Below are positions 27,068 through 40,757 of a DNA stretch of 64,000 nt, one piece after another. The stretch lies in the sequence record OR567511.1. One strand, 5' to 3'. Position 1 is the first letter of the stretch; each line of letters opens with the position of its first letter. The notes beneath the pieces were generated by a model that saw nothing but the letters and a program-made list of their open reading frames with translations, was not told the origin of the DNA and ran no database searches. Source of the stretch: Enterobacter phage vB_Ent31. Position numbers and translations under genes: made by a program.

Positions 27068-28872
27068 AGCAAGATATTAAAATTGGTCAAGCTGTTGACG
27101 ACGGCTCCGGCGACTACCTGCGTAAGGGTGGTCAAAAAATTAATGATAACTTTGATGAGTTGTATTACGAGCTTGGCGATGGAGATGTTCCATTTGCTGC
27201 TGGTGCATGGAAAAACCACAAGACCTCTACAGCAGCTACATTAAACGCTGAATGGGGTAAAGCTTATGTGCTTGATACTTCAACCGGCCGTTTAAATGTG
27301 CGTCTTCCTAAAGGTACTGCGAATGATTATAATAAAGTCATTCGTTTACGAGACGTTTATGCAACTTGGCAAGTTAACCCTATAACTGTTATTCCTGGTT
27401 CAGGAGATACTTTAAAGGGTGATTCTCGTCCAAGAGAAATTCGCACTCAATTCGCTGACTTGGAAATGGTATACTGTCCTCCGGGTCGTTGGGAATATGT
27501 TGAAAATAAGCAAATCAACAGAATTTCAAATAGCGAATTGAGTACAGTAGTTCGTAAAGAGTTTTTAGTTAAAACTAACGGACAAACTGATTTCCCTGAT
27601 GTATTCAGTGGAACAGAATACAACATTGGAAATACCCAAGTATTCCATCGTGGTAACATTCTGTATTACGGTGAGAAATTCAGTGCAACTGATTCTGATT
27701 TTGGCTCAATTGGACCAAATGGAACAAGAGTTGCGCTTGATGGCAAAAGCATTAAGTTGAAAAACCCGGCTAATGCGGGTGATACTGTAATTGTAGTATC
27801 TTACTTAGACGGTATTTCTCAGTTCCGTAGTTCTTACAATAGACGATCAGTTACTCTGAGAGATTCATCTAAAACTAACCAGACATCTATTGAAGGTTCA
27901 TTATTAGTTGACGATTTAAAAACTCTCAGATATTTTCCATTGAGTGCATTTGGTATTGATAGTTTTTCTCCTGTAAACCATCAATCCATGGAAGTTCGTT
28001 TTAACGGAATACTTCAGAATGAAGCTGGTACTGCAGGTCTTCCATTAGCTCGTTGTATTGATGCTATTGCAGACGACGCATTTACATGTCAGGCACTTGG
28101 TGGAACTTGGCAAAACAGTAAACTTGACTATGTTCTTGATATCGATGACAATAATAAATTGATTGGTATCGAAACAGACCGTGAAATGGAAGATGGCGAC
28201 ATTATTACTTTAACTTGGTACAACAACCAAATTGGTACAGTAATGGAGCTTGAAGACATTCTTAATGAAACTGACGCAAAATATGTATCTAAAGGCGAAG
28301 TTCTCAATCTCACTGGTCAAGTACGTATTACTAACCAAAACAAACCAGGTTGGCCTAATGTTGCTCCTGAGCCTTCTACTGCATTTGAAGTAAATAATGT
28401 TCAAAACTTATTTGATTTGGTTTATCCGATTGGAACAATTTACGAAAACGCAGTAAACCCTAATAACCCAGCAACATATATGGGATTTGGTACTTGGGTT
28501 CTTTGGGGACAAGGTAAAGTTGTTGCTGGCTGGAATAACGATACAACCGACCCTAATTTCGCAATGAACAATAACGATTTGGATGTAAATGGTAATCCAA
28601 GTCATACTGCTGGTGGAACTGGTGGTGTAATTAGCAATGAATTAGAAAATGCTCAAATTCCTGCTTCTCAAACAACCGAAAAAGTTTTAGTAGTTGACCC
28701 TAATGGACCTATTGTCGTCGGCGGATGTCAATTTGACCCGAATGAACAAGGGCCGGCTTATACTAAATATCGTGAATCGGTTGCTAACATCAACCCGACT
28801 CACACACCTCCAAAATCAGTAACTAATATTCAGCCATATGTTACCGCATATCGTTGGTTAAGGGTTTCTTAA
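27064..28872 (+). CDS. 10: gp10 baseplate wedge protein
   Basis: 602 aa, the T4 gp10 length. Synteny. Confidence 0.85.
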   Translation: MKQDIKIGQAVDDGSGDYLRKGGQKINDNFDELYYELGDGDVPFAAGAWKNHKTSTAATLNAEWGKAYVLDTSTGRLNVRLPKGTANDYNKVIRLRDVYATWQVNPITVIPGSGDTLKGDSRPREIRTQFADLEMVYCPPGRWEYVENKQINRISNSELSTVVRKEFLVKTNGQTDFPDVFSGTEYNIGNTQVFHRGNILYYGEKFSATDSDFGSIGPNGTRVALDGKSIKLKNPANAGDTVIVVSYLDGISQFRSSYNRRSVTLRDSSKTNQTSIEGSLLVDDLKTLRYFPLSAFGIDSFSPVNHQSMEVRFNGILQNEAGTAGLPLARCIDAIADDAFTCQALGGTWQNSKLDYVLDIDDNNKLIGIETDREMEDGDIITLTWYNNQIGTVMELEDILNETDAKYVSKGEVLNLTGQVRITNQNKPGWPNVAPEPSTAFEVNNVQNLFDLVYPIGTIYENAVNPNNPATYMGFGTWVLWGQGKVVAGWNNDTTDPNFAMNNNDLDVNGNPSHTAGGTGGVISNELENAQIPASQTTEKVLVVDPNGPIVVGGCQFDPNEQGPAYTKYRESVANINPTHTPPKSVTNIQPYVTAYRWLRVS

Positions 28873-29534
28873 TGATTAGTGTATCTTCTTCAAAGGCGGG
28901 ACTTAAGTCCCGCAATGCAGATTTCTTGCAATATGAAATCGCCCCAGGCAGTATTGATGTTATGAATACTCAGCCAATTGGGTCAAATACGATTTCACAA
29001 AAATATAAAGGTGTTGATTTTCCAAATGTTCAATCAGCGATAGAAGATGTTCGTGGATTCGCTATTCTTCCAATTGGAACAATTGTAATTAACGATACTG
29101 GCGTTTCTCCTGAAGGTATTCAACAAATTGATGATTGGACTTTCACTGGAACAGTAGCAGTTGATGGAAAATCTGAAGGTGAATCAGTTTTAGTTGATGT
29201 GTACGGATTTATGGTTCCAGCTTTAATTGGTGATACCGACACTGAATTTGCTGCGAAAGTTAAATTAGTTCTTGAAGACGCTATTACCGCTGGTGACGTA
29301 ATTTCTTCAGTTGAAGTATCTACATCTGCCGGTAATATTTTAAACGTTAAATATATCGATAACCAAGAACATATTCTTCCCTCATATTCTTCATGTGGAG
29401 TTTCCATCTCTGCTTCAATCCAGTCTCCTTCTAAGGTTGGTTATGGGTCATGGGATTTAATCGGTCGTCAATCATTAACTTTCGATGGAGCTACTTCACC
29501 GACAGTTTTACAATACTTTAAGAGAATGGGTTAA
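28872..29534 (+). CDS. 11: gp11 baseplate wedge / short-tail-fibre attachment
   Basis: Start TAATG-coupled to gene 10. Conserved TGVSPEGI and TYLDNQ(E/K)H(I/V)L motifs shared with T4 gp11. Confidence 0.8.
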   Translation: MISVSSSKAGLKSRNADFLQYEIAPGSIDVMNTQPIGSNTISQKYKGVDFPNVQSAIEDVRGFAILPIGTIVINDTGVSPEGIQQIDDWTFTGTVAVDGKSEGESVLVDVYGFMVPALIGDTDTEFAAKVKLVLEDAITAGDVISSVEVSTSAGNILNVKYIDNQEHILPSYSSCGVSISASIQSPSKVGYGSWDLIGRQSLTFDGATSPTVLQYFKRMG

Positions 29535-31084
29535 TGGCTACTAATACTCTAAACCACATAAGTGACGAATCAAAATATAAAACATTTAACCCGGCTGGAA
29601 CTAGTTTTCCAGCCAACATAACAAACGTTCAATCAGCATTAGCCGCATTAAAGCCAATAGCAGTTAACGGCGTTCCTGACGCAACTGAAACTGTTAAAGG
29701 AATAATTCGTATTGCTACACAGCAAGAAGTTGATGATGGTGATTCAGCTAATACTGTAGTTACTCCAAAAACTTTAAAAGAACGTCTTGGTAATCCGCAA
29801 GCTTCTACTACAGTAATTGGTTTAACTCGATATGCTACTACAGCTGAAGCCACTGCGGGGTCTATTGGCAATGCTGCGGTTGTTCCGACTGGATTAAAAG
29901 CTTCAATTGACAATGCGTTTGCTACTCGTATTTCTAAAGAGTCAGTTTTAGGTGTAATTAAAATTGCTACAGTTGCAATGGCTGAAGCCGGTACTGATGA
30001 TACCTCGGCCATGACTCCATTGAAAACCCAAAGAGCAATTGCAAAAGCAACAGCAGTTCTTCCAGTTTATGGACCAGCGACAGAATCAGTAAGTGGTACT
30101 GTGCGTATTGCTACTAACGGGCAAGTTGCTCAAGGAACTCTAAGAGACGGGTATGCCGTATCTCCAAGTGGATTAGCCTCTTTAACAGCTACATCTTCTC
30201 GCAGAGGTTTAGCTCGTTCCGCTACTATCGCAGAAGTTAACGCAAATACCGCCGGAGATATTTTTGTTACTCCAAATGGATTGAACCAAAGAGTTGGTAC
30301 TACTTCAACAAAAGGTCTTGTTAAATTAACTACTACTGTAGGCTCAGGTGACGCAAATACTGCATTAGCATATAACGCTGACGTTGTTCATACTCGCGGC
30401 GGACAAACAATTAATGGAACCACAACGTTTGGTGCTGCGCGAGTAAATGGTCGTCTTGATGTTGGTTCTGGTTTTATTAACAACCAGCAAATTGCTACAG
30501 TAAACATGTTAGTTGATTCCGTTCCAATTGGAACAATTATCATGTGGCCAGGAAATAACCCTCCAAGCTCAGATTGGATGCATTGTAACGGAGCATTATT
30601 GAATAAAGGGGATTCTCAATATTCTACTTTATACAGCATTATTGGCACTATATATGGTGGAGACGCTACTCGGTTCGCTCTTCCTGATATGCGCGGTATG
30701 TTCCCTCGTGGTGTTGGTAAGTCAAACATCATGAACCAGTATTCAGGAAACGACTCAAAAGGTAAACCTGGTCTTGGTGCTGGGTGTGGTAACGCTTCAT
30801 TAGGCCAATCAATGCCGCAATCCGTTCGTAAACATAAACACGAGTCGAGTTGGGGAGAGCATCACAAACGCAATGAAGCTCGTAATGGCTGTACTGTAGG
30901 AAATGGTTATGTAGGGTCTAATAAAACTGACTACGATAACTATAAGTGGTTTACTAACGACGGTAGTGAAGTAGAAGCTGCTAATATTCGTGATGGATTT
31001 GGCACAATGAATACAGAAGGTCTAATGGGCGATGAAAACCGTCCTTGGTCAATTGCTCTAAACTTTGTAATAAAAGTAAGATAA
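29534..31084 (+). CDS. 12: gp12 short tail fibre
   Basis: 516 aa. N- and C-termini (ETRPW.I.LN..IKV, GVPDA..T.KGI) match T4 gp12. Confidence 0.85.
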   Translation: MATNTLNHISDESKYKTFNPAGTSFPANITNVQSALAALKPIAVNGVPDATETVKGIIRIATQQEVDDGDSANTVVTPKTLKERLGNPQASTTVIGLTRYATTAEATAGSIGNAAVVPTGLKASIDNAFATRISKESVLGVIKIATVAMAEAGTDDTSAMTPLKTQRAIAKATAVLPVYGPATESVSGTVRIATNGQVAQGTLRDGYAVSPSGLASLTATSSRRGLARSATIAEVNANTAGDIFVTPNGLNQRVGTTSTKGLVKLTTTVGSGDANTALAYNADVVHTRGGQTINGTTTFGAARVNGRLDVGSGFINNQQIATVNMLVDSVPIGTIIMWPGNNPPSSDWMHCNGALLNKGDSQYSTLYSIIGTIYGGDATRFALPDMRGMFPRGVGKSNIMNQYSGNDSKGKPGLGAGCGNASLGQSMPQSVRKHKHESSWGEHHKRNEARNGCTVGNGYVGSNKTDYDNYKWFTNDGSEVEAANIRDGFGTMNTEGLMGDENRPWSIALNFVIKVR

Positions 31085-31092
31085 GGAAAAAT

Positions 31093-32505
31093 ATGTCAAC
31101 TATTGATTTAACTCCCCTTCCTTACGTCAACGGCCTTCCGGATGAAGGCCAATCTCGTGTGAACTGGATTAAAAATGGCGAGGAATTAACAGGAGCATCC
31201 ACCAAGAATGGTGTAGACGGTAATTTGAACCGTGGACCTGTACAGGTCCAACAAAACGTGGAAGTGCTCGACGGGAATATCGTAGTTGTCCGTGATTCTC
31301 TTGAGCAATCAAATGTAAGAATTAAGAATGTCGAGGATGCCCTAGGAGTCATTGGGGATGTCGATGTTGTCAAACAAATAGGTATTAACACATCTGCAAT
31401 TAAAGTTCTCCAGAGTGACACAGAGGGACTTAAAACCACATCAGATGACCATGGTCTGCGTATAACTCACATCGAAGAAGATGTAGGTGAATATGACCCG
31501 TCACGTGATTCTGTTTATCGTCCAGTTCGTGAAGACTTGCTTTGGATTAAAACTGAGTTAGGCGCTTATCCAGGCCAAGACATCAACGGTATGTCTATTC
31601 CTATGGCTCCGGCGTTAGGTTTGAAGAAGCGTGTTATTGACACTGCTAAAGTTGTAAATGATAACTCAATTCGTATCGCTAATATTGAAAAACAATTCAA
31701 TGACTCAGATGTTGGTTCATTAACGATTGAAGTCCAAAACCTTCGAAATGAAATGGGTTCAAGAGCATCTGCTGGTATTGATAGTGTTTACGTTCGTTTG
31801 AACAAAATGAATGGAACTATTAGTACTTTAGCAATGGACATGGAAAATGTTTTAGATTCGATTGGGTATAACAATGGAGTTATCGATTTACACAACTTGG
31901 TTGTAATAAACCGCGATGCAATCACCGAGGTTAATCGTAAATTAAGTGACCCTACAATAGGATTAATTCCTCGTGTAGATTTAATTGAATCAGCTATCGG
32001 AAAAGATTCTCAGCCGTCAAGCATCAACGGAAGAATTAAAATTAACCGTGATGAAATTACAGCTCTTAAATCTATTGTTGGTGCAGATACTTCGTCTGGT
32101 TTACGTGGACAAGTTGCATGGATTAACCAAGTAGTTGGTATTAATGAAAGCGGAACTCCTGCTCCGTCTAATTCTTTAATTGGACAAATTAATACTTTGA
32201 CTACCATGCAAAACCAAATGGCTAATACCATTCAGGATATCCAGGTAGATATTGGTAACAATAACGAAGGTTTAAAAGGCCAAGTAATTCGTTTAAATAG
32301 TCTTGTAATGGGTACAAACCCTAACGGTGCTACTGTTGAAGAAAGAGGACTTTTAAACGTAGCAAAAACTCAAGACACTGATATTTCAAATATTAAAACC
32401 GAACTTCAAAACTTAATTCCAGAAGCTCCTCGTGATGGAAAAGCTTATGTTCGTAAAGACGGTGCTTGGGTCGACTTAGACACCATTCTTAATCCTACTC
32501 CATAA
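31093..32505 (+). CDS. wac: fibritin (whisker antigen control)
   Basis: Start MSTIDLTPLPYVNGLPDEGQSRVNWIKNGEE. C-terminal foldon-like IPEAPRDGKAYVRKDGAWVDL, as in T4 Wac. Confidence 0.85.
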   Translation: MSTIDLTPLPYVNGLPDEGQSRVNWIKNGEELTGASTKNGVDGNLNRGPVQVQQNVEVLDGNIVVVRDSLEQSNVRIKNVEDALGVIGDVDVVKQIGINTSAIKVLQSDTEGLKTTSDDHGLRITHIEEDVGEYDPSRDSVYRPVREDLLWIKTELGAYPGQDINGMSIPMAPALGLKKRVIDTAKVVNDNSIRIANIEKQFNDSDVGSLTIEVQNLRNEMGSRASAGIDSVYVRLNKMNGTISTLAMDMENVLDSIGYNNGVIDLHNLVVINRDAITEVNRKLSDPTIGLIPRVDLIESAIGKDSQPSSINGRIKINRDEITALKSIVGADTSSGLRGQVAWINQVVGINESGTPAPSNSLIGQINTLTTMQNQMANTIQDIQVDIGNNNEGLKGQVIRLNSLVMGTNPNGATVEERGLLNVAKTQDTDISNIKTELQNLIPEAPRDGKAYVRKDGAWVDLDTILNPTP

Positions 32506-32510
32506 TAAAG

Positions 32511-32524
32511 GGCCTTCGGGCCCT
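32511..32524 (+). terminator. UUCG-tetraloop hairpin GGGCC-TTCG-GGCCC after wac
   Basis: Perfect 5-bp GC stem with a TTCG loop. The identical 14-mer recurs at 40743-40756. Confidence 0.5.
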
Positions 32525-32535
32525 TAGAGGTTTAT

Positions 32536-33474
32536 ATGGCCGCAAATACCGCACGAAATCCAAAAGAACTTAAAGACGTTATTCTGCGTCGCCTTGGTGC
32601 ACCAATCATTAACGTCGAATTAACCGAGGATATGATTTATGATTGTATCCAACGAGCTTTAGAGCTATTCGGTGAATATCATTATGACGGCTTAAACAAA
32701 GGCTATCAAGTAATTCATATTGGCGATGACGAAATTGGTCGTGGTCAATTCAAAAATGGTGTGTTTGATTTTTCAGATCGCAACATTTTCGCAGTCACAC
32801 AAATTGTTCGTACTAACGTTGGTTCATTAACGAGTATGGACGGCAATGCTACTTATCCATGGTTCACTGATTTCCTATTAGGAATGGCTGGAATTAATGG
32901 TGGCATGGGTAGCTCTTGTAATAAAGCTTATGGGCCAAATGCCTTTGGTGCTGACCTTGGCTATTTCACTCAGCTTACAACTTATTGGTCAATGATGCAA
33001 GACATGCTCGCTCCATTACCAGACTTTTGGTTCAACGATGCTACCGGCCAGCTTAAAATTATGGGCAACTTCCAGTTAGGCGATGTAATTGTAGTTGAAT
33101 GCTGGACTAAATCTTATATTGACGTGGACAAAATGATTGGAAATAAAGCTGGATATGGAACAGCAGGCCCAGAAACATCTTGGACTCTTCCTGATGTGTA
33201 TGATAATCCAGATAAGCGTTTGACTGGTTACAGAGCTGGTGAAGAACTTTCAATTGTTCAAGGCTCTTATAACAATCGTTGGGTAAAAGATTATGCTCAT
33301 ATTCTGGCGAAAGAATTACTTGGTCAAGTATTAGCTCGTCACCAAGGCATGCAACTTCCAGGTGGTGTCACATTAAATGGTGAACGCTTAATTGAAGAAG
33401 CTCGATTAGAAAAAGAATATGCTTTAGAACAGCTTTACTTACTTGACCCTCCAACAGGAGTACTTGTAGGATGA
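32536..33474 (+). CDS. 13: gp13 neck protein
   Basis: [44 protein letters not shown] is near-identical to T4 gp13. Confidence 0.9.
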   Translation: MAANTARNPKELKDVILRRLGAPIINVELTEDMIYDCIQRALELFGEYHYDGLNKGYQVIHIGDDEIGRGQFKNGVFDFSDRNIFAVTQIVRTNVGSLTSMDGNATYPWFTDFLLGMAGINGGMGSSCNKAYGPNAFGADLGYFTQLTTYWSMMQDMLAPLPDFWFNDATGQLKIMGNFQLGDVIVVECWTKSYIDVDKMIGNKAGYGTAGPETSWTLPDVYDNPDKRLTGYRAGEELSIVQGSYNNRWVKDYAHILAKELLGQVLARHQGMQLPGGVTLNGERLIEEARLEKEYALEQLYLLDPPTGVLVG

Positions 33475-34271
33475 TGAATAAAAATTTGTTCGCGAAGCTC
33501 GAGAACAAATCAGGTTATTCACGCACTAATGAAGAGGAAGTTCTCAATCCATATGTGAACTTCCATAATCATTTTAACACCCAAGCTCTGTTTGATACTC
33601 TTGTGGCTGAAAGTATTCAAATGCGTGGGGTTAAATGCTACTACGTTCCGCGTGAATATGTAAAACCTGACTACGTCTTTGGTGAAGACCTTCAGTCCAA
33701 GTTCACTAAAGCTTGGCAATTTGCAGCTTACATTAACTCATTTGAGGGTTATGAAGGAGCAAATACATTTTATAGCAAGTTCGGAATGCAGGTTAATGAT
33801 GAAGTTACTTTGTCAATTAACCCAGGTCTCTTTAAGCATCAAGTAAATGGGCAAGAACCTAAGGAAGGAGACTTAATTTACTTTCCGATGGACAACAGCT
33901 TGTTTGAAATTTCTTGGGTAGAGCCGTATGACCCATTCTATCAAGCCGGACGAAATGCTATTCGTAAGATTACAGCAGAAAAATTCATTTACTCTGGCGA
34001 GCAGCTTAAACCTGAGCTTCAGCGTAATGATGGAATTAACATTCCTGAATTTAGCGAGCTTGATTTAGACCCTATTCATGAATTAGACGGTCTTTCTGAT
34101 ATCAATGAAGTTCCGTATCAAGAAGTAGACCAAATGAATGATGAAGCTGATAAAGATGTTAAGCAATACGAAGTCGTTAATGGTACCGGTTCACCTAAGG
34201 TAGAACCACCAAGAAACAGACCACCTGCTAATCATGTAGCATCTCCATTTGATGATGGTTTTATGCTATAA
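33471..34271 (+). CDS. 14: gp14 neck protein
   Basis: 266 aa (T4 256 aa). Synteny. Confidence 0.8.
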   Translation: MMNKNLFAKLENKSGYSRTNEEEVLNPYVNFHNHFNTQALFDTLVAESIQMRGVKCYYVPREYVKPDYVFGEDLQSKFTKAWQFAAYINSFEGYEGANTFYSKFGMQVNDEVTLSINPGLFKHQVNGQEPKEGDLIYFPMDNSLFEISWVEPYDPFYQAGRNAIRKITAEKFIYSGEQLKPELQRNDGINIPEFSELDLDPIHELDGLSDINEVPYQEVDQMNDEADKDVKQYEVVNGTGSPKVEPPRNRPPANHVASPFDDGFML

Positions 34272-34274
34272 ATA
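34267..34274 (+). promoter_or_regulatory. T4 late promoter TATAAATA for gene 15
   Basis: Exact TATAAATA. Followed by a UUCG hairpin at 34288-34305 in the leader. Confidence 0.55.
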
Positions 34275-34287
34275 GTTAAAAGCATAT

Positions 34288-34305
34288 ACGGCTCTTCGGA
34301 GCCGT
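34288..34305 (+). promoter_or_regulatory. 5' leader stem-loop ACGGCTC-TTCG-GAGCCGT in the gene 15 transcript
   Basis: 7-bp stem with a UUCG tetraloop between the late promoter and the gene 15 start. Confidence 0.4.
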
Positions 34306-34316
34306 TAGGAGAAACA

Positions 34317-35146
34317 ATGTTCGGATATTTTTATAACTCGTCTTTGCGCAGATACATCCTAATGCTGGGTGACTTGTTCTCCAATATTCAAGTTCAGAGA
34401 GTGCGCGAAGACATAGGCAAGACATATATCAGAGTTCCAATTACTTACGCTTCTAAAGAACATTTTATGATGAAGCTGAATAAATGGACTTCTGTTAATA
34501 ACGAAGATGGTCCTGCGAAAGTAGAGACAATTCTTCCACGTATCAACCTTCATTTAGTTGATATGATGTACAACCCAACTTATAAGACTGGACAACTTAA
34601 TCGTTCAGCAATGAGCAATCCTAATTCGAAGACTGGGACTATTTCTCAATATAACCCAACTCCGATTAAAATGATTTTTGAGCTTGGAATTTTTACTCGT
34701 CACCAGGACGATATGTTTCAAATTGTAGAGCAAATTATGCCCTACTTCCAACCTCATTTTAACACCACAATGACTGAACTATTCGAAAACGAAATTACAT
34801 TTGAAAGAGATATAAGAATAACTTTCCAATCTATTTCAATTGACGAACAAATCGATGGAGACAAACAATCTAGAAGAAGATTAGAATGGTCCATCATGTT
34901 TGAAGTGAATGGTTGGCTTTATCCTCCAGCTTTCGATTTAAGTGGTGAAATCCGTACAATTTATCTTGATTTCCATGCTAACAGTCGTGAATTGGTAAAT
35001 GAAGGTGTATTTGAATCTGTGGATTCTGAAGTAGACCCGCGCGATGTTGAAATTGAAGATTGGGACGGAAAATCTATTCAGAAATATGACAGCGATTCAA
35101 CTCCAATTCCAAAAGAGCCTGAACCGCCTGGACCACGAGGTGTATA

Positions 35147-35147
<1 letters not shown>
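34317..35147 (+). CDS. 15: gp15 tail sheath stabiliser / tail completion
   Basis: 276 aa (T4 272 aa). Synteny. Confidence 0.8.
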
Positions 35148-37463
<2,316 letters not shown>

Positions 37464-37493
37464 TACTAAAGCACACATGTAGAGGAATTCTTA

Positions 37494-39476
37494 ATGGCTT
37501 TATTATCTCCGGGCGTTGAGCTCAAAGAAACTAGTGTACAAAGCACTATTGTTAATAATGCTACTGGGCGTGCGGCCCTGGCTGGTAAATTCCAGTGGGG
37601 TCCGGTTGGTCAAGTTGTTCAAGTGACTAACGAAGTCGAATTAGTCGATATTTTCGGCACTCCAGATAGCGAAACTGCTGATTACTTTATGTCAGCAATG
37701 AACTTCCTGCAATATGGCAATGATCTTCGTATTTCTCGTGCAGTAAATCGCGAAGTAGCTAAAAACTCATCTCCAATTGCTGGGAACGTTGAAATTACCA
37801 TTTCTGCTGCGGGTTCAAACTATGCTGTAGGCGATACCGTTCGAGTTAAATACAACGTAAACGTTATTGAATCAGCTGGTAAAGTTACTGCGGTTGATGG
37901 TAACGGTGGTATTGTTTCAGTTTCAGTACCAAGCGCAAAAATTATTGCATACGCAAAATCAATTAATCAATACCCTGGCCTTGGAGCAAACTGGACTGCT
38001 GAAGTTACTTCTGCATCTTCTGGCGTAGCTGCAACTCTGGCTGTTGGAAAAATTGTAACTGATTCTGGTGTTCTTTTAACTGAGCCAGAAACTGCTACTG
38101 AGCAAATGACTTCGGTCGAATTCCAAGCTGCTTTGAAAACTTATGGCATGCCAGGTATCGCTGCTCTTTATCCAGGTGAACTTGGTTCTCAATTAGAAAT
38201 TGAAATTGTTTCTAAAGCTGGATTTGAACAAGGTGCAAGCGCTCAATTACAAATTTATCCTGCTGGCGGAACTCGTGTTTCTACTGCTCGTGCAGTATTT
38301 GGATACGGTCCTCAGTCAGATGACCAATATTGCATTATCGTTCGTCGTGACGGAGCAATTGTAGAAAGCTTTGTTCTTTCAACTAAACGCGGTTCTAAGG
38401 ACGTTTACGGAAATAACATCTTCATTGATGATTTCTTCTCTAAGGGTTCAAGCAATTATATCTTCGCTACTGCTGAAGGCTGGCCAACTGGATTCTCTGG
38501 TATTGTTCAGCTGTCAGGAGGCGTATCTGCAAACGAATCAGTTACAGCTGGTGATGTAATGCAGGCATGGGATTTATTTGCTGACCGTGAAGCTCTGCAT
38601 GTCAATCTCTTGATTGCAGGTGCATGTGCTGGTGAAGATGACGAATTTGCATCTACTGTTCAAAAACATGTAGTATCAATTGCTGATGAACGCCAAGACT
38701 GTCTGGCTCTTATTTCTCCTCCACGTAGTGTGTTGGTAAATATTCCTCTGACTCGTGCAATTGATAACTTAGTCGATTGGCGTACAGGTACTGGAACTTA
38801 TGCAGATGCAAATATGAACATCAGTTCTACTTACGCATCTATCGACGGTAACTACAAATATCAGTATGACAAATACAATGATGTTAACCGTTGGGTTCCG
38901 TTAGCTGCTGATATGGCTGGTCTGTGTGCTCGTACTGATAATGTCAGTCAACCTTGGATGTCTCCAGCTGGTTATAACCGTGGACAGATTCTGAACGTCA
39001 TTAAATTGGCAATCGAACCTCGTCAGAGCCAACGTGACCGTCTGTATCAGGAAGCAATTAACCCTGTTACTGGCACCGGTGGTGACGGATTCGTTCTGTT
39101 CGGCGATAAGACTGCAACCAAAGTTCCTACTCCGTTTGACCGCATCAACGTACGTCGTCTGTTCAACATGCTGAAAACGAATATTGGAAACGCTTCTAAA
39201 TATCGTCTGTTCGAGATGAACGACAACTTCACTCGTTCAAGCTTCCGTATGGAAACTTCTCAGTACCTGTCTGGAATTAAATCTCTGGGTGGTGTATATG
39301 AATTCCGTGTGGTGTGTGATACTACGAACAACACGCCTGCTGTAATCGACCGCAATGAATTTGTTGCGTCGTTCTACATCAAGCCAGCTCGTTCTATCAA
39401 CTACATCACTCTGAACTTCGTTGCTACTGCTACGGGTGCTGATTTCGATGAACTGATTGGACCACAAGCTCAATAA
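37494..39476 (+). CDS. 18: gp18 contractile tail sheath
   Basis: 660 aa (T4 659 aa). Conserved N-terminus MALLSPGVELKETSVQSTIVNNATG. Confidence 0.95.
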   Translation: MALLSPGVELKETSVQSTIVNNATGRAALAGKFQWGPVGQVVQVTNEVELVDIFGTPDSETADYFMSAMNFLQYGNDLRISRAVNREVAKNSSPIAGNVEITISAAGSNYAVGDTVRVKYNVNVIESAGKVTAVDGNGGIVSVSVPSAKIIAYAKSINQYPGLGANWTAEVTSASSGVAATLAVGKIVTDSGVLLTEPETATEQMTSVEFQAALKTYGMPGIAALYPGELGSQLEIEIVSKAGFEQGASAQLQIYPAGGTRVSTARAVFGYGPQSDDQYCIIVRRDGAIVESFVLSTKRGSKDVYGNNIFIDDFFSKGSSNYIFATAEGWPTGFSGIVQLSGGVSANESVTAGDVMQAWDLFADREALHVNLLIAGACAGEDDEFASTVQKHVVSIADERQDCLALISPPRSVLVNIPLTRAIDNLVDWRTGTGTYADANMNISSTYASIDGNYKYQYDKYNDVNRWVPLAADMAGLCARTDNVSQPWMSPAGYNRGQILNVIKLAIEPRQSQRDRLYQEAINPVTGTGGDGFVLFGDKTATKVPTPFDRINVRRLFNMLKTNIGNASKYRLFEMNDNFTRSSFRMETSQYLSGIKSLGGVYEFRVVCDTTNNTPAVIDRNEFVASFYIKPARSINYITLNFVATATGADFDELIGPQAQ

Positions 39477-39557
39477 TTCTAAGACACTTAGGGACCTTCG
39501 ATAGGAGGTCCATAAATACAATCATCTTAGGAAAACTAATTCATCTCGGCCGCTCTG

Positions 39558-40277
39558 GTGAATCAGAGCGGTATAAATATTCGTATGATAAAGAATAACT
39601 TTCATCTCGTAAAAGTTTCAAACCGCAATTTAGCTAAATTAAAATCTCTTGGATATTCTGTTAAAAGCGGAGAATACGTTCAAGTAAAAACTGAACATGC
39701 TCCTGGAAAACTTAAAATAGCTTGCGTTTGTGATAAATGCGGAATTGAATATTCTGTAACAAACGAAAAATTAAATGATATAGCATCTAGTTATTGCAAA
39801 ATCCATCGATGGGAGAAATATGGAGAAATTCGTAAAGATTTCCATTCAACCCCTCAAGGTAAAGCGGTAGCCAAAAATAGAGGTGATGCTATATCCAAGA
39901 ATCGTGTTGGTAAAGGGTTAAAACCTGAATCACATTGGATTGACAAAAAGAAATATCATCAATACTGTATGAGTGTTAAAAGACACCAATATAAATTCAA
40001 TAAGTTAATTCAAGAACTTCCAGGATTTTCTTCTATTGGATTAAATGGTATTGAAGGTGCTACACAAATTGACCATATCGTCTCAAAAAGATTTGGTTAC
40101 GATAATTCAGTGCCTCCTGAAATTATAGGTCATATTTGCAATTTACAGATAATTCCTTGGAAGAAAAATTTGGAAAAATCTGATACTAACGGTATGACGT
40201 TAGAAAATCTTTTAACACTAATTGATAAATATGAAGGAAAATCTCATGGAGTTAACAGACCTCACGAGAGCATTTGA
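39558..40277 (+). CDS. HNH-like endonuclease ORF inserted between genes 18 and 19
   Basis: 239 aa. Cys-x2-Cys (CVCDKCG). HNH-like core IDHIVSKRFGYDNSVPPEIIGHICNLQIIPWKKN. Its 3' end overlaps the gene 19 start. T4 has no gene here. Confidence 0.5.
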   Translation: MNQSGINIRMIKNNFHLVKVSNRNLAKLKSLGYSVKSGEYVQVKTEHAPGKLKIACVCDKCGIEYSVTNEKLNDIASSYCKIHRWEKYGEIRKDFHSTPQGKAVAKNRGDAISKNRVGKGLKPESHWIDKKKYHQYCMSVKRHQYKFNKLIQELPGFSSIGLNGIEGATQIDHIVSKRFGYDNSVPPEIIGHICNLQIIPWKKNLEKSDTNGMTLENLLTLIDKYEGKSHGVNRPHESI

Positions 40278-40737
40278 ATCCGGTGATTTCGCGCGTCCTA
40301 ACTTGTTTGAGGTAGAAATTCCTTATCTCGGTAAGAACTTCAGCTTCAAATGTAAAGCAGCTCCACTGCCTGCTGGTATCGTTGAAAAAATTCCGGTCGG
40401 TTATATGAACCGTAAACTTAACGTTGCCGGTGACCGTACATTCGACGATTGGACCGTGACTATCTATAACGATGATGCTCATAATACTCGTCAAGCTATT
40501 GTTGAATGGCAGGGTATTGCAGCAGGTCAGGGTAATGAAATTACTGGTGGCTCGCCTGCAGAGTATAAGAAAAAAGCAATTGTCCGTCAATTCGCACGTG
40601 ATAGTAAAACAATTACTCGTGAAATTGAAATTACGGGCGTTTGGCCAACTAACGTTGGTGAAGTCCAGCTCGACTGGGATTCAAACAACGAAGTTGAGAC
40701 CTTTGAAGTAACATTCTGTCTCGACTGGTGGTTGTAA
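40249..40737 (+). CDS. 19: gp19 tail tube protein
   Basis: Start at MELTDLTRAFESGDFARPNLFEVEIPYLG matches the T4 gp19 N-terminus. 162 aa (T4 163 aa). Confidence 0.9.
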   Translation, partial: ELTDLTRAFESGDFARPNLFEVEIPYLGKNFSFKCKAAPLPAGIVEKIPVGYMNRKLNVAGDRTFDDWTVTIYNDDAHNTRQAIVEWQGIAAGQGNEITGGSPAEYKKKAIVRQFARDSKTITREIEITGVWPTNVGEVQLDWDSNNEVETFEVTFCLDWWL

Positions 40738-40742
40738 AATGT

Positions 40743-40756
40743 GGGCCTTCGGGCCC
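40743..40756 (+). terminator. UUCG-tetraloop hairpin GGGCC-TTCG-GGCCC after gene 19
   Basis: Identical 14-mer to 32511-32524. Followed by the late promoter at 40758-40765. Confidence 0.5.
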
Positions 40757-40757
40757 A

